This document shows positions 1 to 9,166 of a stretch of DNA of 64,000 bases, one piece after another. Source of the stretch: Vicinamibacterales bacterium. Lineage in GTDB: Bacteria; Acidobacteriota; Vicinamibacteria; Vicinamibacterales; UBA2999. A program made the translations under genes and the position numbers. Location of the stretch: NCBI GenBank assembly GCA_050247255.1, contig JBFWUM010000002.1, positions 79,488-143,487 on the forward strand. Reading direction: 5' to 3'. The notes beneath the pieces were generated by a model. It was not told the DNA's origin, did no database searches, and worked only from the letters and a program-made list of their open reading frames with translations. Each line of letters starts with the position of its first letter. The first letter of the stretch is position 1.

Positions 1-1318
1 GAGGGGGAGCATGCCGGCCTCCTTCACCCGCCGCGGTGAACAGGTGCTCCTGCTCGGCATACAAACGGTCTGCCAGGCGATCCTTCGGCAGCTCAACATC
101 GTCAAACGTGATCACGGCGTCCTTCGCCATATCGCGCCGCAGGCGGCAGCCGACGACCAACCCCTCCGGCAGGTAGCGGCGCTCGCGCCGCTCGCCCGTC
201 GCCACCGCCTCGCCATAGGTCATGAAGCCGCCGTAGTCATCGAGCGTTTCGCCGGCCTTGAGGTCGCGCTTCGCGACAGCCACCACTTCGACGCGCGGTC
301 CATCGATCGGGCTGCCGGCCGAATCGCCGAACAGCGCGACACGGGCCACGGTGTTCGGCGTCTCGAAGTGACAGAGGTGGTATGGCGTGTAGAAGGAGTA
401 GAGTGGTCCTTCACCGAGCTTGTACAGATTCAGGTAGTGCTGCTGCCTCGGATCCGGATGCTCGGCGAGGCAGTAGACCCCGGGCGCCGGCTTCGCGCCG
501 ACGACATAATCGACCACACCGCCGAGCTCTCGTAAGCGATCGAGATCGTACCGCTTCGTCAGCTCGTCGACGTGTCCCTCGTGCGTCATGCCGGACATGC
601 CGCGCTTCATCACCGTCATGCCCGTGGCGTTGGCGACGATCGCCTGCTCGAAGCTCACCTTCGTGCCGTCGGCGAAGCCGGTGACCATCTCCGGCTTCTG
701 TCCCCAGCGCTCGGCGAACCCCTTCTGCGTGAGCGGCGTGCGATACGGATCCTGCAGCCCCTTGATGTTGCCGAGCACGCGCGGCGTCAGGCCGAGCGCC
801 GTGACGAAGCGGAACAGGTTAATCTGCACCGCCGGCTGGTCGCCGTCGCACGCCGAGACGATCACGCCGTGCCGGCGCGCATACACCTGGAGGATCGGCC
901 CGAGGGTGCCGTCCACCTCGGCGTTCATCTCGACAACGTGAATGCCGTGGGCGAACGCTTCGAGCGCCACGTGCGCGCCGAGCTCGACGGCGCCGGTGGC
1001 ATCGATGATGACGTCGATCTGGCCAGACCGGCAGAGCAGCATCGGGTCGTCGGTCACGGCAGGAGTCCCCGCGGTGATGGCGTCCTCGAGCTCCCGTGGA
1101 GACGAGACGGCGAGCGGCGCAGCCGCGCCGGCGTAGGCGTAAGTGTCGACCGCCTGCTGCAGGCGCCGGGCGTAGATCGCGACGAGTCGCATGCCCGGGG
1201 TCGTGTTGGTGATCTGGTTGGCGATCCCCCGGGCCATGAAGCCGGCGCCGATCATGCCGACGCGGAGCGGGCGGCCCTCGGCCTCGCGTTTCCTGAGGGC
1301 CGTGTCGATGAGGATCAT
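1..1318 (-). CDS. NAD(P)-binding oxidoreductase, homoserine-dehydrogenase-like with C-terminal SAF domain (COG4091-type); 3' end runs off the window
   Basis: Absent from the ORF track because no stop lies inside the window. Hand translation of the minus strand from ATG at 1318 gives MILIDTALRKREAEGRPLRVGMIGAGFMARGIANQITNTTPGMRLVAIYARR...QIDVIIDATGAVELGAHVAL..., with a Rossmann GxGxxG near the N-terminus. The segments I translated (about 960-1318 and 1-180) contain no stop; I did not translate the middle. The start overlaps the rfbC stop (ATGA 1315-1318). Confidence 0.75.
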   Translation of the reverse strand, partial: MILIDTALRKREAEGRPLRVGMIGAGFMARGIANQITNTTPGMRLVAIYARRLQQAVDTYAYAGAAAPLAVSSPRELEDAITAGTPAVTDDPMLLCRSGQIDVIIDATGAVELGAHVALEAFAHGIHVVEMNAEVDGTLGPILQVYARRHGVIVSACDGDQPAVQINLFRFVTALGLTPRVLGNIKGLQDPYRTPLTQKGFAERWGQKPEMVTGFADGTKVSFEQAIVANATGMTVMKRGMSGMTHEGHVDELTKRYDLDRLRELGGVVDYVVGAKPAPGVYCLAEHPDPRQQHYLNLYKLGEGPLYSFYTPYHLCHFETPNTVARVALFGDSAGSPIDGPRVEVVAVAKRDLKAGETLDDYGGFMTYGEAVATGERRERRYLPEGLVVGCRLRRDMAKDAVITFDDVELPKDRLADRLYAEQEHLFTAAGEGGRHAPP

Positions 1319-1899
1319 CGTGCCGTTGCCGGCACGGGGAGCGTCATGCGCCCGCGCAGGGCGTCTTCGACCTCGGCAAGCCGATGCCAGGCGCGATCCT
1401 TCGGCGAAATCTCGGTCGCCGGCAGTGGCCACGAGATGCCGAGGCGCGGGTCGTCGTAGGCGAGGCCGTCTTCCGCGTCTGGCGTATAGAACTCGCCGAC
1501 TTCATAGGCGGTTTCGGTCTCGTCTTCGAGCACCTGGTAGCCGTGGGCGAAGCGCTCGGGCACATAGAGGGCGCGGCGGTTCTCGGCGGTCAGCTCAACG
1601 GCGACATGGCGCAGGTACGTGGGTGACTCGGGGCGCAGGTCGACGATGACATCGACGATGGCGCCGCGGGTGCAGCGCACCAGCTTGGTTTCGGCGGCCG
1701 GCGGATACTGGAAATGCAGCCCCCGGATGCCCCCTTTGTGCCGGTTGAAGGAGACGTTGGCCTGGGCGATGGTCGTCTTCAGGCCGTGCGCCGCGAACTC
1801 CTGCTGGCAGAAGGTGCGCGCGAAGAAGCCCCGGTCGTCCTGGCGCGGTTCGAGATCGATGATGAAGGCGCCCGGCAGGGCCGTTTCTCTGAAAATCAT
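1315..1899 (-). CDS. rfbC: dTDP/NDP-4-dehydro-6-deoxyhexose 3,5-epimerase (RmlC/RfbC cupin)
   Basis: ORF 1315..1923. RmlC-like motifs are present: DDRGFFARTF, IRGLHFQ, YVPERFAHGYQVL. I prefer ATG at 1899 (MIFRETALPGAFIIDL) over GTG at 1923. Confidence 0.9.
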   Translation of the reverse strand: MIFRETALPGAFIIDLEPRQDDRGFFARTFCQQEFAAHGLKTTIAQANVSFNRHKGGIRGLHFQYPPAAETKLVRCTRGAIVDVIVDLRPESPTYLRHVAVELTAENRRALYVPERFAHGYQVLEDETETAYEVGEFYTPDAEDGLAYDDPRLGISWPLPATEISPKDRAWHRLAEVEDALRGRMTLPVPATAR

Positions 1900-1969
1900 C
1901 CTGTAGGGGTGGATCCGGCGCACCCAGTATAATCAATGGGATCCGCCGGCGCGATCAGGCGCTTCGGGC

Positions 1970-1989
1970 CTTCCGCCTGAAGGCGGAAG
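1970..1989 (+). promoter_or_regulatory. Perfect 8-bp stem / 4-nt loop hairpin in the 5' leader of the GT2 gene
   Basis: cttccgcc-tgaa-ggcggaag, 20 nt upstream of ATG 2009. A TATAAT hexamer lies at 1928-1933. No T-tract follows on either strand, so it is not an intrinsic terminator. Confidence 0.3.
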
Positions 1990-2008
1990 CTACCTGTTCC
2001 TCTTATCG

Positions 2009-2731
2009 ATGTCGCAGCACGCCCCAGGACGCGTCGTGGCTGTCATGCCCGCGCGCAACAGCGCCCTGACCCTCGAGGACACCGTCCGGCAGATCCCGCC
2101 CGGCGTCATCGACGAGGTCATCCTCTGCGACAACGCCAGCAAGGACGACACGGTGGCCATTGCCGAGCGGCTGGGCCTGACGGTCGTCCGGCACCCGGTC
2201 GATCGGGGGTTTGGCGGCAGCATCAAAACGCTTTTTCGCACCGCGCTGGCCCACGGCGCCGACCTGATCGTGGAGCTGCACCCGGACAACCAGTACCCGC
2301 CCGAGTACGTGCCGGCGATGATCGAGAAGCTGCGCTCGCGCCGCTACGCGTTCGTCATCGGGTCGCGGTTCCTGCCGTCGCGCCGCGCGCTCGAGGGCGG
2401 CATGCCGTGGTGGAAGTTCGTCGCCAATCGCTTCCTCACCTTCATGAACAACACGCTGATGGGCGTGCGCCTGTCCGAGTACCACTCGGGGCTGCGCGTC
2501 TACGACGCCGCCTGGGTGCGCACGCTCGACCTCGACGCGTTCTCCGACGACTTCAAGCTCGGGTTCCAGCTGGTGTCGCAGGCCGTGATCGACGGCTGGG
2601 AGATCGGCGAGGTGCCGGCGTTCTGCCGCTACTTCGACGAGGCGTCGCAGAACCCCTTCCGTGGGTCGGTGAAGTACGGGTGGGGGACGCTGACCGAATC
2701 GTTCCGCGTGTTCAAGTCGCGTATCGCATGA
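2009..2731 (+). CDS. Glycosyltransferase family 2 (GT-A fold)
   Basis: 240 aa. The N-terminus VVAVMPARNSALTLEDTV...VILCDNASKDDT is typical of GT2. The stop overlaps the rfbF start (ATGA 2728-2731). Confidence 0.85.
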   Translation: MSQHAPGRVVAVMPARNSALTLEDTVRQIPPGVIDEVILCDNASKDDTVAIAERLGLTVVRHPVDRGFGGSIKTLFRTALAHGADLIVELHPDNQYPPEYVPAMIEKLRSRRYAFVIGSRFLPSRRALEGGMPWWKFVANRFLTFMNNTLMGVRLSEYHSGLRVYDAAWVRTLDLDAFSDDFKLGFQLVSQAVIDGWEIGEVPAFCRYFDEASQNPFRGSVKYGWGTLTESFRVFKSRIA

Positions 2732-3438
2732 AGGCGGTGATCCTGGCCGGGGGCCTTGGCACGCGCATGGGTGAGGAAACCGCCTCGAGGCCGAAGCCGC
2801 TCGTCGAGGTCGGCGGCCGCCCGATCATCTGGCACATCCTCAAGATCTACGAGGCGCACGGCATCACCGACTTCGTCGTCTGCGCCGGCTATGCCGGACA
2901 CATGCTCACGGACTATTTCGCCCACGATCGCGGCGAGCGGTGGCGCGTGCAGGTCGTCGATACGGGCCCGACGACGCCGACCGGCGGCCGGCTGCGGCGG
3001 GCGCGCGCGGCGATCGGCAACGAGACGTTCTGCATGACGTATGGCGACGGTGTCTCGAACGTCGACATCGGCGCCCTGGTCGCGTTCCATCGCCGCAGCG
3101 GCGCGCTGGCGACCGTGACCGCGGTGCAGGCGCAGCTGCCGTTCGGCGTGGTGACCTTCTCCGACAACGGCAGCGGTGCGGTCGGCTTCGCCGAGAAGCC
3201 GCGCGTGCCGGACCTCTGGGTCAACAGTGGCTTCTTCGTGATCGAGCCCGCAGCGCTCGACTACGTCCACGCCGACGATGAAGCGTGGGAAGGGGCGCCG
3301 CTGTCGCGGCTGTCGGCCGCCGGCCGGCTGACCGGCTACAAGCACAACGGGTTCTGGCAGTGCATGGACGCGCCGCGGGACCGCGACCTGCTCGAGGCGG
3401 CATGGCGCGACGGCTCGGCGCAATGGAAGGTGTGGTAG
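2728..3438 (+). CDS. rfbF: Glucose-1-phosphate cytidylyltransferase
   Basis: Internal ATG at 2728 of ORF 2407..3438. MKAVILAGGLGTRMGEETASRPKPLVEVGGRPIIWHILKIY, TYGDGVSNVDI and NSGFFVIEP match the RfbF nucleotidyltransferase signature. Confidence 0.9.
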   Translation: MKAVILAGGLGTRMGEETASRPKPLVEVGGRPIIWHILKIYEAHGITDFVVCAGYAGHMLTDYFAHDRGERWRVQVVDTGPTTPTGGRLRRARAAIGNETFCMTYGDGVSNVDIGALVAFHRRSGALATVTAVQAQLPFGVVTFSDNGSGAVGFAEKPRVPDLWVNSGFFVIEPAALDYVHADDEAWEGAPLSRLSAAGRLTGYKHNGFWQCMDAPRDRDLLEAAWRDGSAQWKVW

Positions 3439-4506
3439 GTGCGGGTTCTCGTTACCGGAACTGAGGGATACATCGGCGCGGTCATGGTGCCGATGCTGGA
3501 GGCGGCGGGCCATACGGTGGTCGGCCTCGACACCGGGTATTTCACCGACGCGCGGCTCGGTCGCGAGCCGGAGCCTGCGCTCGAAACGCGCACGCGCGAT
3601 CTGCGGCACGTGACCCGCGACGACGTGGAAGGGTTCGACGCGGTCATCCACCTGGCCGGCCTCTCGAACGACGCGCTCGGCCAGCTGTCGCGCCGCGTCA
3701 CCTACGACGTCAACCACGTCTGCTCGATTCGCCTGGCCGGCCTGGCGAAGGCGGCCGGCGTGCCGCGCTTCATCTACTCGTCGTCGTGCAGCATCTACGG
3801 GCGCTCGGCTGAGGCCATCGTCACGGAGAACTCGCGGTCGGACCCGCAGACCGACTACGCCGTCTGCAAGATGCTCGACGAGCGTGAGATCGCCGACATG
3901 GCGAGCGACACCTTCTCGCCGACGTTCCTGCGCAACGCCACCGCCTACGGCGCATCGCCGCGCATGCGCTTCGACCTGGTCGTCAACGACCTGAGCGCGC
4001 TGGCGCGGACGACCCGGCGGATCGCGATGAAGAGCGACGGCACGCCGTGGCGGCCGATCGTCCACGTGCAGGACATCTGCGCCGCGTTCCTGGCGGCACT
4101 GCAGGCGCCGCGCGAGGCGGTGCACAACGAGGTCTTCAACGTCGGCCGCACCGACGAGAACTACCAGGTGCGCGAGATTGCCACCGCCGTCGGCGAGGCG
4201 TTTCCCGGCTGCGAGGTGACGTTCGGCAAGAGCGATCCCGACCAGCGGAGCTACCGCGTGAGCTTCGAGAAGATCGAGCGGCAGCTGCCCGGCTTCAAGG
4301 CGACGTGGGACCTGCGGCGTGGCGTCGCGGAGCTGCGCGACCTCTACGAGCGGGTCGGCTTGACCGAGGCGATGTACAAGGCGCCGCCGTTCATCCGCCT
4401 GGCGAAGCTGAAATCGCTCATCGACAGCGGCCAGATCGACGCCGACTTCTTCTGGACCGCTCAGGCGGGCAGGGTCAGCGCGGTCAGCGCCGGATCGGGC
4501 AGGTAG
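3439..4506 (+). CDS. NAD-dependent epimerase/dehydratase (extended SDR)
   Basis: GTG start directly after the rfbF TAG. MRVLVTGTEGYIGAVMV carries the GxxGxxG motif, and a YAVCK catalytic YxxxK is present. It does not look like a canonical CDP-glucose 4,6-dehydratase N-terminus. Confidence 0.85.
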   Translation: MRVLVTGTEGYIGAVMVPMLEAAGHTVVGLDTGYFTDARLGREPEPALETRTRDLRHVTRDDVEGFDAVIHLAGLSNDALGQLSRRVTYDVNHVCSIRLAGLAKAAGVPRFIYSSSCSIYGRSAEAIVTENSRSDPQTDYAVCKMLDEREIADMASDTFSPTFLRNATAYGASPRMRFDLVVNDLSALARTTRRIAMKSDGTPWRPIVHVQDICAAFLAALQAPREAVHNEVFNVGRTDENYQVREIATAVGEAFPGCEVTFGKSDPDQRSYRVSFEKIERQLPGFKATWDLRRGVAELRDLYERVGLTEAMYKAPPFIRLAKLKSLIDSGQIDADFFWTAQAGRVSAVSAGSGR

Positions 4507-6386
4507 CGGGCGTCCGGCGGCGCGGCCACGCGGTTCTCGTACCACGCCACCAACACCATCAATCCCCACAGCCCGGCGCCGAGCGCCTGTGCACCGGTGA
4601 GGTGCGCATGCACCAGCCGCGTCACGACCTGCGGCTCCAGGACCCCGAGCGCCTCGACGCGCGCCGGCTCCAGTAGTTCCTGGAGGAGCGCGCGTCCGCC
4701 CGTCCGCAGCCAGTCGTTGAGCGGCACGCTGAAGCCCTGCTTGCGGGCGTAGGCGTGCTCCTGCCCGAAGTGCCGGGCGCACAGGCGGCGTAGTGCCACC
4801 TTCGTCGTTCTCCCCTGCATGCGCCAATCGTCCGGCAGCGAGAGCGCCAGCGCCGCCACGCCGGCGTTCAGGAACGGCGCGCGGCTCTCCAGGCCATGCG
4901 CCATGGTCGCGCGATCGACCTTTGCCAGGATGTCGTTGACCATGTACTCCGAGAGATCCATGCGCTGCAGGTCGTGCAGCGTCGGCGCCGGCGGAAGGGC
5001 GTGTTCAGCGGCAAGCGCGCTGAGACTGGCGCGAATCGATGCCTGCAGCGGTCCGGGCCGCGCCAGGCGCATGGCTTCGGCCGGCGTCCACGTGCCGTTC
5101 CACGTGAAGTGGGCTTCGGACGTCGTGAGCGCGAGCGCGCGGAGGAGACGGCCGGGCCGCCCGCCAATCCGGATCGTGCCGGCGGACGTGCGATCGGCCA
5201 GCCGCGCAAGCGCGGTCCAGGCGGCTGGTGGAAGCAGCCGGCGTATCTGGTGATGCCAGCCCGCGACGCGATAGGCAGGGTAGCCGGCGAACAGCTCGTC
5301 GCCGCCGTCGCCGCTCAGCACCACCTTGACCCGCTCCCGTGCCGCTCGCGCCACCGCCCACACCGCGATCGCCGACGAATCGGCGAGCGGATCGTCGAGG
5401 TGGCGGACCAGGTCCATGAACTCGCCGAGCTCGTCGCCGCGCATCGGCACGCGGACGAGCTCGATGCCGAGCTTCGCGGCCGCAAACGAGGCGCGCGTCC
5501 ACTCCGACACACCCGGGGTGAAATCGACGGAGAACGCGGCGGCCACGTGCCCCTGTCGCGCGGCGCTCTCGGCCACCAGGGCCGAGTCAACGCCGCCGGA
5601 CAGGAACAGCCCGACGGGCACGTCGCTCCGCAGCGTCAACCGGACGGCTTCGTCGAGGCGAGCTTGCAGCTGGTCGAGCACGTGCGCCGGATCGATCGGG
5701 ACGCGGGGCAGTGCCGCCGGCGAGAAGTAGCAGCGTTCCTCGCGCAAGCCCTCGGCGTCGTACAGCCGCCAGTGTCCGGGGCGCAGCCGCCGGACCCCGC
5801 GCAGCAGGGTCCGGTCTCCGGGGACGTAGTTGAGGCAGAGGTAGGCGCCGAGGGCATCAAGATCGAGCGCGCGCGCCCCGGCGCCAATCGACACCAGTGG
5901 CGCCAGCTCCGAGGCGAACGCGACGGTGCCGCCATCGTCGGCGTACAGCAGCGGCTTTTCGCCGAACCGATCGCGCGCGAGCAGCAACGTTCGTTCGCGC
6001 CGGTCGTAGATCGCCAGCGCGAACATCCCTTCGAGGCGCTCGATGACGGCAGGACCCCACGCGGTATACCCCGCCAGCAGCACCTCGGTGTCGGAGGCCG
6101 TCCGGAACGCGACTCCTTCGCGGCGCAGCGCATCGCGAAGCTCGACGTAGTTGTAAATCTCGCCGTTGAAGGTGATGACGAACCGATCGCCCGCGCCGGC
6201 CATCGGCTGCTGACCGTCAGCGAGGCCGATGATGGCGAGCCGGCAGTGGCCGAAGTAGGTGTTCCGCCCGTGCCAGTAGCCGCGCTCGTCCGGGCCGCGG
6301 TGCTGCAGCAGGCCGGTCACACGCCTGAGGCTGTCAAGGGGGGGCAGCTCGCGATCCCAGCCGACGTAACCGAAGATGCCGCACAC
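4461..6386 (-). CDS. asnB: Asparagine synthase (glutamine-hydrolysing) family amidotransferase, paralog 1
   Basis: GTG at 6386 gives (M)CGIFGYVG, the Ntn-glutaminase Cys2 N-terminus. RGPDERG, FNGEIYNY, DTEVLL, SGGVDS (PP-loop) and SGDGGDELFAGY are present. The 878-aa track ORF extends upstream spuriously. 641 aa. Confidence 0.9.
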   Translation of the reverse strand: MCGIFGYVGWDRELPPLDSLRRVTGLLQHRGPDERGYWHGRNTYFGHCRLAIIGLADGQQPMAGAGDRFVITFNGEIYNYVELRDALRREGVAFRTASDTEVLLAGYTAWGPAVIERLEGMFALAIYDRRERTLLLARDRFGEKPLLYADDGGTVAFASELAPLVSIGAGARALDLDALGAYLCLNYVPGDRTLLRGVRRLRPGHWRLYDAEGLREERCYFSPAALPRVPIDPAHVLDQLQARLDEAVRLTLRSDVPVGLFLSGGVDSALVAESAARQGHVAAAFSVDFTPGVSEWTRASFAAAKLGIELVRVPMRGDELGEFMDLVRHLDDPLADSSAIAVWAVARAARERVKVVLSGDGGDELFAGYPAYRVAGWHHQIRRLLPPAAWTALARLADRTSAGTIRIGGRPGRLLRALALTTSEAHFTWNGTWTPAEAMRLARPGPLQASIRASLSALAAEHALPPAPTLHDLQRMDLSEYMVNDILAKVDRATMAHGLESRAPFLNAGVAALALSLPDDWRMQGRTTKVALRRLCARHFGQEHAYARKQGFSVPLNDWLRTGGRALLQELLEPARVEALGVLEPQVVTRLVHAHLTGAQALGAGLWGLMVLVAWYENRVAAPPDARYLPDPALTALTLPA

Positions 6387-6437
6387 GCGCGCGAATTGTA
6401 CCGCTGCGCCACGGATAGAATACGCAGGACCCCGCCG

Positions 6438-8672
6438 ATGAAATTCCTGCTCGTTGCCCGCCAGAAGAAGAACGTCGACACCTTTCACGGGGTGATGTCG
6501 CGCCTGCTGGCGGACGGACATGCCGTGACGCTGGCGATCCAGGAACGGATGGACGAGGACGCACGCCGCGCGCTGGCCGGGCGCTTTCCAGCGGCCGGCT
6601 TCGCGCTGGTGACGCCCCCCGAAGGACGCGGCGATCAATGGCGCGCGTCGGTGCCGCTCGTGCGCGCCGCGCGCGACTGGGCGCAGTACCTGAGGCCGGC
6701 CTACCGGCACGCGTCCAAGCTGCGGCGGCGCGCCATCCATCGCTTCGTCAAGGAAGCCGGTATCGGCGAGGCGTTCGATCCGGAGCTGGCGATCAGCCAG
6801 CCGCACGCCGATCGCCTGCGCGAGGCGCTCGAGCAGATCGAGCACGCGGTGCCGAGCGACCCGTTGCATGAGGAGTTCATCCGGCGGCACGCGCCGGACG
6901 TCGTGCTGGTGACGCCGGGACTCCACTTCGGGTCGGCGCAGGCGGACTTCATCAAGAGCGCGCGCGCCTGTGGCGTCCCGGTGTGGATGTTGCTGTTCAG
7001 CTGGGACAACCTGAGCACGAAAGGCGTGTTGCCGGTCGCGCCGGACCGCATGTTCGTGTGGAACGAGCAGCAGCGGCGGGAGGCGGTCGAGCTGCACGAT
7101 TACCCGGCCGATCGCGTGGTCGTGGCCGGCGCGCCGCGCTTCGACGAGTTCTTCACGCTGACGAGCGTGATGGGCTATGGCGACTTCCTGAAACCGCTCG
7201 ACCTCGATCCCGCGGCGCCGACGCTCTTGTACGTCTGCTCGTCGCGGTTCATCGCCGCCGACGAGCTCTCGTTTCTCAGGCGGTGGCTGGCGGCGCTGCG
7301 CGCGTCACCCAACACGACGCTGCGCGGCTGCAACGTGATCGTTCGCCCGCATCCGGATCAAGTGCTGGTTGAGGGCGAGGAGCCGTCCGCCCGCACCTGG
7401 CCGTCCATGCCGCAGGCGACCGGCTGGGTGCAGCGGCCGTTCGCCGACCCCCGGGCGGTGGTGCTTCGCACCACGTACGGGACGCCGCAGGCATTTTTCG
7501 AGTGCCTGCATCACGCGTCGGCCGTTGTCGGGCTCAACACGAGCGCCGAGCTGGAAGCCGGCATCGTCGGCCGGCCGGTGTTTACGGTGCTGGCCGACGG
7601 CGAGGGCGCAGACGGCCAGTCGCATACGCTGCACTTCAACTACCTGCTGCGCGATCACGGCGGGTTCGTCGAGTACGCCCCGGACCTGGCGACGCACACG
7701 GCGCAGCTGGCCGCGGCGCTTCAGCGGCCACCGGATGCCGGCGGAATCCATCGCTTCATCCGCGGCTTCCTGCGTCCCGTCGGCGACGAACCGGTGGCCG
7801 ACGTGCTGGCGCGGATGTTGATGACGACCTCGATCGAGCGCGCCGCCCCGGCACCGGAAACGGCGACACCAACCAGCGACGATGTTCGGCCAGCCGTGCG
7901 CGATGGCAGGACGCTGACGCTGGGGTACCCGGGCTCGACCGCGCGCGTGGCGGCAACCGACGAGACGCGAGGCCACCGGCGGCATGGTGTGCTGGTGCTC
8001 GATTCCACCGCGGTGGCGTGGCTCGATGAGTTCGTAGCGCCAGGCGACGTGCTGTACGACATTGGCGCCGGTATCGGCGCCTACTCGCTGGCCGCGGCGC
8101 TGCATCGCGGGGCTCTGGTGGTCGCATTCGAGCCGGGCTTCACCGCGTTCAAGCGTCTCTGCGACAACCTGCTCGCGAACGGCTGCTACCGCAGCGTCGT
8201 TCCGCTGCCGATCGCCCTGGGCGCGGCGCCCGGGCTGCAGGACCTCGAGTACGCCGGCGACGCGGGTGGCCTGGCGCATGCCCTGACCGGCCGCCGCTGG
8301 AAGGCGCGTGGAGATGCGACGGAAGCGCGCTACACGCAGCCGGTATGCAGCGAGCGGCTGGACGACCTCGTGTCGCGGCACCGGCTGCCACCGCCGAACG
8401 CGATACGTGTGTCGCTGCGCGGCGGCGCGGCGGCCGCGCTCCAGGGCGCAGAGGCGCTGCTGCGCCAGCCGCAGCTCCGCGCGGTGCTCGCGTCGGTCAG
8501 CAGCGCGCGCGAGGCGGCACGGGTCGTCGAGGCTGTTGGTGGCGACTACGCGGCGGAGGACATGCCCGGACCCGGAAGCGATCGCCACGTGCTGCTGCGC
8601 CGGCGCGGCGAAGGCGCCGTCCGGGGCGCGGCACGGCTGTGGCAGCGCATGACGGGGACGGGGGCGCGCTGA
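6438..8672 (+). CDS. Fusion protein: uncharacterised GT-B-like (Rossmann x2) domain + C-terminal FkbM-family SAM methyltransferase domain
   Basis: ATG 6438 (MKFLLVARQKKNVDTFHGV) lies inside the 1258-aa track ORF, whose first 514 codons are antisense to asnB. Residues 1 to about 460 align by eye with CDS 9163..10518 (FSWDNLS/T, GAPRFD, GLNTSAxxEAxIVGRPVFT, TLHFxYLL). The C-terminus (about 7980-8672) has DIGAGIGAYSLAAAL...VVAFEP, which is FkbM-like. Confidence 0.85.
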   Translation: MKFLLVARQKKNVDTFHGVMSRLLADGHAVTLAIQERMDEDARRALAGRFPAAGFALVTPPEGRGDQWRASVPLVRAARDWAQYLRPAYRHASKLRRRAIHRFVKEAGIGEAFDPELAISQPHADRLREALEQIEHAVPSDPLHEEFIRRHAPDVVLVTPGLHFGSAQADFIKSARACGVPVWMLLFSWDNLSTKGVLPVAPDRMFVWNEQQRREAVELHDYPADRVVVAGAPRFDEFFTLTSVMGYGDFLKPLDLDPAAPTLLYVCSSRFIAADELSFLRRWLAALRASPNTTLRGCNVIVRPHPDQVLVEGEEPSARTWPSMPQATGWVQRPFADPRAVVLRTTYGTPQAFFECLHHASAVVGLNTSAELEAGIVGRPVFTVLADGEGADGQSHTLHFNYLLRDHGGFVEYAPDLATHTAQLAAALQRPPDAGGIHRFIRGFLRPVGDEPVADVLARMLMTTSIERAAPAPETATPTSDDVRPAVRDGRTLTLGYPGSTARVAATDETRGHRRHGVLVLDSTAVAWLDEFVAPGDVLYDIGAGIGAYSLAAALHRGALVVAFEPGFTAFKRLCDNLLANGCYRSVVPLPIALGAAPGLQDLEYAGDAGGLAHALTGRRWKARGDATEARYTQPVCSERLDDLVSRHRLPPPNAIRVSLRGGAAAALQGAEALLRQPQLRAVLASVSSAREAARVVEAVGGDYAAEDMPGPGSDRHVLLRRRGEGAVRGAARLWQRMTGTGAR

Positions 8673-8677
8673 GGGAC

Positions 8678-9166
8678 ATGGCTGACAAGGCAACCGAGAA
8701 GGCGGGCGAGCGCCGCCGCCCCATCGCCGAGAACCGCAAGGCGCGCCACGACTATCACATCCTCGAGCAGTTCGAAGCGGGCGTGGCGCTGCTTGGCACG
8801 GAGGTCAAGTCGATCCGCGAAGGCGGCGTGAACCTGCGCGACAGCTACGCTCGGCTCGACCGGGGCGAGGTGTGGCTGCTCAACGTGCACATCAGCCCGT
8901 ACAGCCATGAAGGGTCCGCGCACCATGAGGAGCGGCGGCAGCGCAAGCTGCTGCTGCACAAGCACGAGATCCGCAAGCTGACCGGCAAGGTCGCCGAGAA
9001 GGGGCTGACGCTGGTGCCGCTGGAGATGTACTTCAAGAACGGCCGCGTCAAGGTCAATCTCGCGCTGGCGCGCGGCAAGCAGATGCACGACAAGCGCGAA
9101 ACGCTGCGCCGCAAGGAAGCCGAGCGCGAGACGCGCGCGGCCGTCAAGGCGCGCCAGCGCGGCTAG
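8678..9166 (+). CDS. smpB: SsrA-binding protein SmpB
   Basis: ATG 8678. IAENRKARHDYHILEQFEAGVALLGTEVKSIREG...KLLLHKHEIRKL...GLTLVPLEMYFKNGRVKV is the classic SmpB sequence. 162 aa. Confidence 0.95.
   Translation: MADKATEKAGERRRPIAENRKARHDYHILEQFEAGVALLGTEVKSIREGGVNLRDSYARLDRGEVWLLNVHISPYSHEGSAHHEERRQRKLLLHKHEIRKLTGKVAEKGLTLVPLEMYFKNGRVKVNLALARGKQMHDKRETLRRKEAERETRAAVKARQRG

Noticed and set aside
2629-4827. 732-aa minus-strand ORF. Similar very long antisense ORFs lie at 18639-20552 (637 aa), 35101-37101 (666 aa), 42817-44469 (550 aa), 45324-47375 (683 aa), 52061-54031 (656 aa) and 55437-58070 (877 aa).
   Set aside because: All are antisense to ORFs with clear enzyme-family motifs. Their translations are Arg/Pro/Gly/Ala/His-rich low complexity with no recognisable domains. 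Stop-poor shadow frames are expected at this GC content.
6393-6421. Possible promoter TTGTAC-N14-TAGAAT in the 51-nt divergent region between asnB paralog 1 and the GT-B/FkbM gene.
   Set aside because: The spacer is too short for a standard sigma70 promoter and the -35 is weak. This is not enough to report as a feature.
4896-6437. N-terminal 514 codons of the 1258-aa ORF 4896..8672, and likewise the upstream extension 6387..7097 of the asnB ORF.
   Set aside because: These extensions run antisense through each other's real coding regions and are low complexity. The conserved N-termini (MKFLLVARQ... at 6438; (M)CGIFGYVG at 6386) define the true starts.
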